Assembly: GCA_032718475.1 (NCBI GenBank) | Contig: JAUCBJ010006711.1 | Span: 62,001 to 126,000 of the forward strand | DNA: 64,000 bases | DNA from: Nemertoderma westbladi | Lineage: Eukaryota > Animalia > Xenacoelomorpha | Reading direction: 5' to 3' | Part shown: positions 28,204 through 37,074 of the stretch, in pieces | Layout of the letters: each line of letters begins with the position of its first letter | Position numbering within the stretch: the first letter of the stretch is position 1 | Program-made: the position numbers and the translations under genes | Notes under the pieces: model-generated | Told to the model about the DNA's origin: nothing | Seen by the model: the letters and a program-made list of their open reading frames with translations, nothing else | Databases searched by the model: none

Positions 28204-30076
28204 AGCTCCTCTTACTCTCCTTGTAATCCCAACTGAACATTAGATATGAGATATAACCCGTCCCAGTTTTTAGCGTGTTATACTCCCTAAAGTATCCTTG
28301 CTCAATAGCCCAAAGCAACAATGGTCTAGTATCCACGTATGGCGTAGGCAATCGGTCCTCTTCCGTGGGCATCCCTGCAAAGTCGCTAATAAGGTCATCC
28401 CGTACACCGGATCCGATCTTGACTATGCTCTTGTCCAACACAATGTCGCGCACGGCCTTTGGCAACATCCTAGCTTCTATGCTACAAGCCAGGTCCATGG
28501 ATTTAACTATCCGTTTTATCATCGCGTGTCTTTGCGTCGTTCCTTCCGGCATAGGCATCTTCCTATCACTCCTCTGTCGGCTGAAGACATGTAACACGCC
28601 ATCTGGTGCTCTAATCTGTATAGTCTTCGAAGTGAGGCTTTGCTGATGGCTTCCTCCTTCATTATCGTAAAACATATAACCATTTTCCTTTAGAGATCGG
28701 CTAGTCACGTCCCAATCTTTGAGTAAATCATTGGTAGGGTTCCAAATTCTCTCAATCGACTTTTCATCATCGAAACTAATAGGTTTACCGGTCCAATTGG
28801 TCGCGATATCGGTGTCGGTCTCAAACGTTCCAACTCCGATCCATAATCGAATCGTCTTTGTCAGATATCCTCGCAAGATACAAGGTGCGATATCCGTCCC
28901 CGCGCGATCCACTTCCGTAAAGTCCATAATATGTGGAGGCACGTTTCGTACGATTTTTTGAACTATTACTTTACGCAACTCGGCTGACTCTAACACATCA
29001 CCGAAGGTAACCGATGGGAGGAAATCCAGGTTCGAGATGATCTCCGGGTGTTCAACTATAGGGATCTCATAAGTTGTCTCCTTCCGGGTCGGTATACTAA
29101 TAGGAAAACTAGTTGGTCTCGCAACCGGTACTATCGCTCCAGTAGAATGGGGCTGAGGTTCTCGCGTCATCTCGACATGAGGTATCTGTAGTCTCTGCGA
29201 CAAACGCTGAGCAAAGGTGATACTATCGAAGAGCTCGGGTGTCATCTCCTTGGGTTCGGTTTGATCGTGGGATATCCAATAGAATGGTAGGCTCGCGAGC
29301 CTTCCACCGAACTCCTCGATCTCGCCTTTCTCGTACGCCTTGTACGCCCTGTAGAGGCTCAAAGCTTCCCGTTTCTCTTGTGTCGACTTATTAGACTCGT
29401 CCACTACCATGCTGTAGATGTCTGGTTCGACTAATTTGGGTTCGTAAATAACGATCTCACCCGCATTCGGTCCACTCATTTTAAACGAATGATACGGATT
29501 TGTCAAAGGGTATCCGCCTTCTTGGTAACGTAGACTTTGGTGGTGTGAACATCGCGCTAATATCGGCTCGGGGTTCTCCGAGTTCAACCGCATAGGAATC
29601 GCGTTATCTTGCTCGCGCATACACGCTCCACATTTATAAAACAGTTTGTATATGGAGAATGCGTCCTTGGTCTCTGGATCCGCTCCTCGAGCGCGTCTAT
29701 AAAGATGCATTCCTTCAAATTCGTCTCTAGCTGCAGGTAAGGGTTCATTTACTGTCAAATATTGCAGCATATGATATAATCGGCGTATTTCAGTGTCTGG
29801 ATCCTCACAAATGTCGCTAGCGTCGCATAACGCATCGTAGGGATATAACGCATTGAACTCCGCGCGTAATTCCTCCGTTCTTTTGTTGTATGCGTCCAAC
29901 CGCTGTCGCGTAACATTTGGGTCTGCCTTGGATTTAGCGAGCTTGGCTGTACTCCTAGCCATACTCTCCACTCCAAACACACTAAAGTTTTTAGCTCCAT
30001 AACGATTAAATGGCGCCTGGTGCTCTTGTTCTTGTGTAAACCCTTGACGTAACTCTTTATACATCTTCTCCGCCAT
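28160..30076 (-). CDS. Extra ORF (638 aa) with a C-terminal DEDDy/RNase D/WRN-like 3'-5' exonuclease domain
   Basis: YMFYDNEG (ExoI DxE), TIQIR, LPKAVRDIVLDKSIVKIGSGVRDDL (ExoII region), YVDT; N-terminal part unrecognised, with CxxC and CxHH residues. Confidence 0.72.
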   Translation of the reverse strand: MAEKMYKELRQGFTQEQEHQAPFNRYGAKNFSVFGVESMARSTAKLAKSKADPNVTRQRLDAYNKRTEELRAEFNALYPYDALCDASDICEDPDTEIRRLYHMLQYLTVNEPLPAARDEFEGMHLYRRARGADPETKDAFSIYKLFYKCGACMREQDNAIPMRLNSENPEPILARCSHHQSLRYQEGGYPLTNPYHSFKMSGPNAGEIVIYEPKLVEPDIYSMVVDESNKSTQEKREALSLYRAYKAYEKGEIEEFGGRLASLPFYWISHDQTEPKEMTPELFDSITFAQRLSQRLQIPHVEMTREPQPHSTGAIVPVARPTSFPISIPTRKETTYEIPIVEHPEIISNLDFLPSVTFGDVLESAELRKVIVQKIVRNVPPHIMDFTEVDRAGTDIAPCILRGYLTKTIRLWIGVGTFETDTDIATNWTGKPISFDDEKSIERIWNPTNDLLKDWDVTSRSLKENGYMFYDNEGGSHQQSLTSKTIQIRAPDGVLHVFSRQRSDRKMPMPEGTTQRHAMIKRIVKSMDLACSIEARMLPKAVRDIVLDKSIVKIGSGVRDDLISDFAGMPTEEDRLPTPYVDTRPLLLWAIEQGYFREYNTLKTGTGYISYLMFSWDYKESKRSFVHLLAFRGAVHLL

Positions 30077-32072
30077 CGTATACGAATATATATGTGGTTA
30101 CATATCGTTACGTTTCTACTAGATGAAGCACAAAATAGAGGTTAGATGTGAGGTGACTTAGAGTTTGTCGGCTTTTGGCTCAACTCTGCTCTAAACCCCA
30201 ACCCATTTGCCTAATGATTTCGGGTTCGCGTGATTTCGCACTGGCTCCTAATCCAAAAATGTGCCGATAAAAAACGAATTCCGGGTAAACTAGCCGCGAG
30301 TCTAAAATACTCACCTTTTAATTTCCCCGCTACATTCCCAAAGAAAAATAGTGCAGTCGAGAATTAATTGGTCTAAATAATAGTAGACACGACTACGTAG
30401 AACAAGGCTGGTTTTCTTTTTCAAAAAAATTTATCGGTAGGCTCGCAAGCCTTCCATCCGCTCTTGTCCTCCCCAATTTTAATTTTTATCTAGCTGTATT
30501 CGAGAATTTGCTTTCACTGGAGAATCGTTTTTCTTAAATTTAAATCCAAATAAATGGATTTGTCTAATAATTTTTGAAAAATTGTCTCACTTGTGGGTTC
30601 CAAGTGGAATTCCATTCCTACTGTACACACAATCCCGCTCCTATGTGATACATAAGGGTACTACCCTCCATGTTCACATATAAAGACAATGGAATTCCAC
30701 CGCTGTCTCTATCTACAGTGAAGAGGATTACAAATGCACGTACAGTAATACAAATACAAAATAACTAAAATACAGTAGGTCTATGTGGCGGCCAATCAAG
30801 GTCCCACATCTATTTACTAATATTGGGTGGAGATTTGTAGTCTCCCGTCTCGTTTCTCACTTGTGTCCTTCTGGGCTCCTCCCGGAGGCGCACCCACGAG
30901 GCGGACACCTTTCCACCACCCCTGGGGCCAGTCTGATTCTTTGGGTGACCCACCACGTGAGTCATCAGACCGGGCCGGAGGGTGGCCCGATGCTTCCCGG
31001 GTTCTGTTTTCGGTCCCCCGATCACACCGGCACAGCTCGTCGAACGTGTAGCCAGATGGGCGGCTACTGTCAACTTACTGTGGCCTGACTGTACATTGAG
31101 CCAACTTAAAGTATAACAAAGAGTCAACCGGCAGGTGGACCAGTCGATAGCGATCGAGCACCAAGGTCGCCCTTGGGCCTAACCGACGGTCTTGTCCCAA
31201 GCAGGCTTGCGCTACCCAACATGGAATTTTGACTCGTTTTCACCTGCCTTGCCGGCAGTATTGAGGGGAAATAAGTTCCGCAAACAATACTGACTAGCTC
31301 GAAAGCTAGGAACAAGTAACAATTTACCAGTCACTGTACACGTGTACTCAACAGATGTTCACGAAATCAAGTACACAACGGTAAGCACAAAATCAAACAC
31401 ATACCATGCACACACAGAAGACAAAATCGGTAAAGACAAAATCGGGGTCAAAATCGAGAAAGACAAATCGGAAGGGACAAAATTGTATCGACTCATAAGA
31501 GCCGAGAGTACCTTATTTTGCCGACAGGGCAAAATAACTTTGTGTGCACAAAGTATGCTGGGGCGCAGTAGAGATATGGTCCTACTAATACCAGCGGCGT
31601 CTGGACCAACTGGCAAGGGTTCCCATACTCACTCGCAGTGGCCACACATACAATCACATGTACTCACGTACCTACAGCAACAGAGACTCAGATACCCAGA
31701 CGGCTGAACCCCCAAAGACCAATCAGCTGAACATGGAGACAATAACATATAGTATCAAAAAAACGGAACAGCTGATGGCCAATGGAACCTTCCAAGCCCC
31801 AAGCCAACTGCCACTGGTTGCTCACATACAAAACATAGTTCACACCACATGAACCACAAATCACGCTATGCCACCACCCCTACTGTGTACAGGACTGGCA
31901 GTACGGCAACAGGCCGACTAGACGGTAGCACGGCACCATGGCAATTCATGGTTTGTTAGACACGAGGGCCTTCAGTGACTCCCTAGCACTATATTGAGGA
32001 TTTAACGTGCCCCCAGACCCTCACGAGTCCACCGCCGCCTGTTGAGACCACCCCTATAGAGACCTCACCTCT

Positions 32073-33488
32073 TTAGGTAGTCTCCTCAAGGAGTACGAGA
32101 CGTTGTACAGGCCTATCTACGGTACATCCGTCGATAGTCCTTACAGTAACTGTCCTCACTATACCAGATGTAGGGTGCGTGGTCAAAATGACTCCAGTCA
32201 GCCAAAACCGTCTTTTCAGATTAGCTTCAGCCAATAAAACATGGTCACCACGTCTCAAACATCGGGTATTTAGATACCAAGAGGTTCTGGTCGAAATAGA
32301 GGGCAAATAATATTTCTGCCATATTTCCCAGAATTTATTTGCAAGCAATTGAGTGATTTTCCAAGCCTTGTTGCCGTATCCGTCACTATCAACGGGTACC
32401 GAAATGGGCAACAATGTCGTCGGCGCCTGCATAAGCAGGTGCGCTGGTGTCAAGGCAAACTGTACGTCGTTATTGTCTGGGATCAAAGCGATCGGTCTAG
32501 TGTTTAAGATTGCTTCGATTTCTATTAGTAACGTCGTCAGTTGGTCATCTGTCAATATGTGTTGCGTCGGTACGACTTTAGCCATAGCTGTCTTAATTGA
32601 GCCAATCAGCCTTTCCCAAACGCCGCCTCTCCACGGACTGTCTGGAGTGTTGAAATTCCAAACAATACGGTGAGGACGCAGTTCCTCGGAAATCTGGTTT
32701 TGGTCCAACTTTCTCAAAGCTCTGGTTATCTCGTTCCGTGCAACCACAAAGTTTGTCCCTTGGTCGCAGTAAATCGATTTGACCAATCCACGTCTAGCGA
32801 TAAATCGCCGTAAGGCTAGGATAAAGGCATTGGTGGTCAAATCTGTCACTCGCTCTATATGGACAGCTCTGCTGGGCATGCAAGTGAAGATCAATCCCCA
32901 ACGTTTTACCTGTACCCTTCCGCGTTTCGCGATTATGGGTCCAAAACAGTCTATCCCTGTCTCAGTGAAAGGGGGTCTAAATGCCTGTAATCTAGCTAGT
33001 GGTAGTTCACTCATTTCCTGGTGTCCTATCCTCGCGTGCACCTTCTTACAAATAATACAGTTCTGTGTTACCGAACTCAGTGCCTTACTAGGTCTAATCA
33101 GTACAAAACTTGAGCGTAAGTGTGATAGACAGTGGTGTCTACCCACGTGTTTGAGTTGTACATGTGCGTCCAGTATCATAGCGCACTGTAATTCATGGTG
33201 TTGCGGTATGATGATAGGATACCTAAAGTCAAGTGCAAAGTCGATGTTTTGGAGTCTGGACTTGTGACAAAGTAAGCCCCGGTAAATAATCAGACTCCAA
33301 CTCAAAATCGGTGAAGACTTAATCTGTTTACCTTGTTTGATCGCTGTGAACTCTCGTGCGAAATATCGCAATTGATAATGTCGAATGATATCAACTTCAC
33401 AGTGGCCAACTTCCTTTAAGGTAAGTCTTCTAGGAAAGTCGCGTTTGCCTCTGGCATATTGTCTCAAACGTTTGAGCCATGCTAACAT
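32073..33488 (-). CDS. pol: BEL/Pao integrase (C-terminal part of pol)
   Basis: HxxxxH...CIIC zinc finger, GIDCFGP, SIYCDQGTNF, PWRGGVWERLIGSIK, C-terminal FWEIWQKYYL...RPVQRLVLL. Confidence 0.95.
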   Translation of the reverse strand: MLAWLKRLRQYARGKRDFPRRLTLKEVGHCEVDIIRHYQLRYFAREFTAIKQGKQIKSSPILSWSLIIYRGLLCHKSRLQNIDFALDFRYPIIIPQHHELQCAMILDAHVQLKHVGRHHCLSHLRSSFVLIRPSKALSSVTQNCIICKKVHARIGHQEMSELPLARLQAFRPPFTETGIDCFGPIIAKRGRVQVKRWGLIFTCMPSRAVHIERVTDLTTNAFILALRRFIARRGLVKSIYCDQGTNFVVARNEITRALRKLDQNQISEELRPHRIVWNFNTPDSPWRGGVWERLIGSIKTAMAKVVPTQHILTDDQLTTLLIEIEAILNTRPIALIPDNNDVQFALTPAHLLMQAPTTLLPISVPVDSDGYGNKAWKITQLLANKFWEIWQKYYLPSISTRTSWYLNTRCLRRGDHVLLAEANLKRRFWLTGVILTTHPTSGIVRTVTVRTIDGCTVDRPVQRLVLLEETT

Positions 33489-34230
33489 GCGTCAGTCCAT
33501 GATCTAGTTAGGTTCACTATCCTGTCAACGTAAGTGTTAGTGACGTCATCAGGTAAGGTGTAGTCGTAGTGTGGATACTTGTCTGGACTTGGTAGGCCCA
33601 CGGGCCTTCCGGTAGGTTTGTCTGAGTCCCTAAGTACGTCAATCTTTACGGTCTTACCTTTACCGTCCGCACCTAATGTGTCGACTGGCAGTAACGGTTT
33701 CAACTCTACAGTATCAGTGTGTTCCTGTGAGCCTGTAAGCTTCCTAACCTTAGTCACACGTTTATCTGTAGGTGAGTCAAGTACTTTCTTCGAGCGGAGT
33801 GTGATCACTGTGGCCACACCTTTGTCGTCCAAAGAAGTCAAATTCGGTAAATCTCTAAAGGTCCGCTCCAATGGGTCTTCTAATGGAGTGTCTAATAGAC
33901 AGTCTGGTGAAGCATCCGGTGAACAGTCTGGTGAGACGTCTGGTGAGACATAGCGCGGAACTTCCAGCGAAATGTCTTGTCATCGGTCCCAAAGTCTGTC
34001 AGGCGTAACTTCTGTCAGAAAATCTGGTTCAAAGTCTGGTGGACAATCTGTCGAGATGTCTGGTGGAAAGTCTGGTGAGACGTCCGGTAGACATTCTGTC
34101 AAGAGTTCCATAAAACAATCTGGCGAACAATCCGGAGAACAATCTGGTGTCGCTTCTGGTGAATAGTCTGGTGAGTGATCTGGTGAACAATCCGGCGAAA
34201 CGTCTGGTGAAATCTCCTGCGGAACAATTC
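33482..34230 (-). pseudogene. Disrupted RNase H-integrase linker with an xSPD tetrapeptide (12-bp) repeat
   Basis: Same frame as ORF 33482-33871: ISPDVSPDCSPDHSPDYSPEATPDCSPDCSPD...; one internal TGA and frameshifts at both ends. Confidence 0.7.
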
Positions 34231-37032
34231 AGGACGCCAATCTTGTTTGAGCGACCGGTCTAGTATTTCAGCCCGTCTGTTGGCTACGAAAGTCTTGAAC
34301 TCAAACGCTTCGTTGTTTATGTACCAAAGTACCAACGTCGCATCCGTCCAATATGTGACCTTCAAGTTAGCCTCCAGCTCGCGTTGAACTAGACTGACAA
34401 TATCGGTGGATATCGTCCCGGCTTGCAGCTCTCCACGAGGTACAGTCATATACTTCAATGGCATTGTTCTAGCCCTTGAAGTAACGAGAGATACATCGTA
34501 GCTGTCCGATGTCACTTGTCGTCTAAGGTATAAGGTAACCCCCAATCCATCCTTGCTAGCGTCACTAAAGCTGTGAAGCTCTAAATCAGCAGGAAAGGTG
34601 GTTTGCAAAGGAAAGTATACCCTCGGTATGGTATAGTCTTGTAGGAACGTCAGTTGTGCTTCCCAGTCCCTCCATCGCTCAGCTAACTTTTCTGGGATGG
34701 GGTCATCCCATTCCAGTCCGGCTTGCCAAATGCTGCGGAGTATGATCCTAGCATGTAGGATCACTGGACTAATGAAACACAATGGGTCATACAATCGACT
34801 CATGGTCGATAAGCAAGTCCTCATAGTGAGAGGTCTTGTCTGGTTGTTGGACCTTACACGTACCCTAAAATTGTCAGTGTTAGGGTCCCAACTAAGTCCT
34901 AATACTTTGGCCATCGGCAGAGGTTCTAAGTCTAAGTCTAAGTCACCTCCACTGCGATCCATCGAGTCAAATGAGTTCACCAGCTCGGGTTCGTTGGAAG
35001 CGAACTTTGTCAGGTGAAATCCGCCCTCAGCGAGACAATCCTGGAGTTGGTGTGCTACGGTTGTAGCGCGCTCCAAGGTGTCACAACTCTTGAGGCCGTC
35101 ATCCACGTAGAAATCTCGTTCCACGGTCCGAACTACTTCTGGGTCAAATTGGTCTCGTCTGTCTAATGCGGTCTGTTTTAATGCGTACATGGTGCAGTTG
35201 GGGCTGTCCCTGGCTCCGAATACTCTTACCTGCATTTGGTAAGTTTCTGGCGGAAGTTGTAAGTTTCCGTCCGGATACCAAAGAAACCTCAAGATGTCCC
35301 TGTCCCGCTCCAAAGCCTTAACCTGGTGAAACATGGCCTCTACGTCACAGGTGAAAGCCACTTTGCGTTGTCTAAAACGCATTAGGACTCCCATGAGGTA
35401 ATTGTTCATATTCGGCCCGTCCATCAGTTCGCTATTCATAGACATCCCTTGGTAAAGCGCAGCGCAGTCGTTGACTACACGCACCTTGCCAGGTTTGTCC
35501 GGGTGTCGAACAAAATGATGTGGCAGGTAATATGTCTGGTCTGTGGTTACCTCGGGATTTAACAATATCCTAATGGCGTATCCCTTTTGGAGATATGTCT
35601 GGAGTTGTGCATTGTATTGCATATGGGCCGTCTCGTCTCGCAACAATCGCTGCCTTATTGATTTGAGTCGCCTCAAAGCAAGTGGGTAATTGTTAACGAG
35701 CTTAGGTTGTCCATTGCGCAACAACATACCAACCTCATAGTGGCCATTCGCGGTCTGGTGAATGGTATCTCTCATAATATTTAACGACCGAGCGGTCTCG
35801 TAACTACCGGGTTCTGCTGAGTCCTGTTCCAACCATTGAATGGTCCGTTCAGTCAGCAGTCGGTCAAGCACTGCTTGCACTGCGCCATGGTCCTCGTCCA
35901 CGTCTTCGTCCGCTGCGGTGGCTAGTGTCAATGTGTCTGGTAGGCTCGCAAGCCTTCCGGTGTCACTAGTCGGCGTCGAATCGTTGTGCGGCGGTTTGAC
36001 AACCTCTTGATCTATCGGTAGGCTCGCAAGCCTTCCAAGATCAACGACCGGTGTCGAAGCCTGGTGGGTGGGGTCAATGACCTTTGGATTTTTCGGTAGG
36101 CTCGCAAGCCTTCCAAAATCCTCGTTCATCGAGTCATCCACGGCCACAACCCTTTGGTCTTCAGTAGTCAATACAACCTGGTCTACTGCAAGTAGTTGTA
36201 AGTCAGAGGTCCGTATGGTCGTGTCCAGATCAGTTACGTCAGTATCGGTGGCGTCTGCGTTAGCGATGCAAGTCTGTCGTAGTGCCGTCCGTACAATTGG
36301 ACCACGGGAGTGTGAAGGAGAATTATCTATAGTGTTAGTCAATAAACTACACGTACTCAAAACGTCGTCCTCCTGGTCACTTACCTCTAGTGAATGTATT
36401 GGTGCTCTAGTATACCAACCTATGGGAGTTCTACATGCATAGGGGTTGCCCGCTGTAATAACAGATGGGCGTGTCTCCCATACCTGATGTAAGTTAAACT
36501 GGTCTGTCCCAATTAACATCACAATGGAACGATAATTAACAGGACATTCCGGTATTCCAAGGTGTCGGAAATACTTACGATCTTCCGGTGATTGCTCTGG
36601 CACAGGGCCGAGCAAGTTACTAAAGTCCTTCGTAGCTGCAAAGGTCAAATTTCTTACCGGAAGTAATGAGCGCTCCTCCTTGCTGTGTTCCGCTTTGGAA
36701 AGAAGAGTGTCTAAAGTTAGTTTTACTCTTGTCACAGGGATCGCTCTCTTACCATGCATGCTACTTACAGTATACTGAGCAGTCTTACCTTGACTCATGT
36801 CCGTAACCACGTCGGCTACTTGTTCGTCGACATAGCTATGTGATGACGCAGAGTCTAAGATAGCGTATATACGCTTGCTCCCTCGGGTTCCGGTAATCTT
36901 TATAGGAATCACGCTAAACCCTTTCAATTGGTTCTGTGTGAGGAGCGTTATCGAAGGCTGTTCCTCACCTGCATGCACGTAGAAAGTGTCGTCTTCCTCC
37001 TCGTCCCCGTCTGATGATCCTGACTGATCCAT
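34099..37032 (-). CDS. pol: BEL/Pao protease - reverse transcriptase - RNase H
   Basis: AILDSAS protease; YYLPHH, KVRVVNDCAA, DVEAMFHQV, FGARDSP, FYVDD RT motifs; LHSFSDAS, TVPRGELQA, YWTDA, FVANR RNase H motifs; frame lost after ~34230. Confidence 0.96.
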   Translation of the reverse strand: MDQSGSSDGDEEEDDTFYVHAGEEQPSITLLTQNQLKGFSVIPIKITGTRGSKRIYAILDSASSHSYVDEQVADVVTDMSQGKTAQYTVSSMHGKRAIPVTRVKLTLDTLLSKAEHSKEERSLLPVRNLTFAATKDFSNLLGPVPEQSPEDRKYFRHLGIPECPVNYRSIVMLIGTDQFNLHQVWETRPSVITAGNPYACRTPIGWYTRAPIHSLEVSDQEDDVLSTCSLLTNTIDNSPSHSRGPIVRTALRQTCIANADATDTDVTDLDTTIRTSDLQLLAVDQVVLTTEDQRVVAVDDSMNEDFGRLASLPKNPKVIDPTHQASTPVVDLGRLASLPIDQEVVKPPHNDSTPTSDTGRLASLPDTLTLATAADEDVDEDHGAVQAVLDRLLTERTIQWLEQDSAEPGSYETARSLNIMRDTIHQTANGHYEVGMLLRNGQPKLVNNYPLALRRLKSIRQRLLRDETAHMQYNAQLQTYLQKGYAIRILLNPEVTTDQTYYLPHHFVRHPDKPGKVRVVNDCAALYQGMSMNSELMDGPNMNNYLMGVLMRFRQRKVAFTCDVEAMFHQVKALERDRDILRFLWYPDGNLQLPPETYQMQVRVFGARDSPNCTMYALKQTALDRRDQFDPEVVRTVERDFYVDDGLKSCDTLERATTVAHQLQDCLAEGGFHLTKFASNEPELVNSFDSMDRSGGDLDLDLEPLPMAKVLGLSWDPNTDNFRVRVRSNNQTRPLTMRTCLSTMSRLYDPLCFISPVILHARIILRSIWQAGLEWDDPIPEKLAERWRDWEAQLTFLQDYTIPRVYFPLQTTFPADLELHSFSDASKDGLGVTLYLRRQVTSDSYDVSLVTSRARTMPLKYMTVPRGELQAGTISTDIVSLVQRELEANLKVTYWTDATLVLWYINNEAFEFKTFVANRRAEILDRSLKQDWRPELFRRRFHQTFRRIVHQITHQTIHQKRHQIVLRIVRQIVLWNS

Positions 37033-37074
37033 ACAGTCTGTATAAAAGGTACGGATCCCGCGCGGCGCACGCTC

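Noticed and set aside
31199-31217. Possible inverted twelfth hairpin copy (GCAGGCTTGCGCTACC)
   Set aside because: Needs a deletion and mismatches and the stem is not preserved; not counted
30783-32070. env gene or small ORFs between integrase and the extra ORF
   Set aside because: Only short overlapping ORFs on both strands; one hydrophobic stretch (31359-31616) derives from AAGACAAAATCGG repeats; no fusion-protein features
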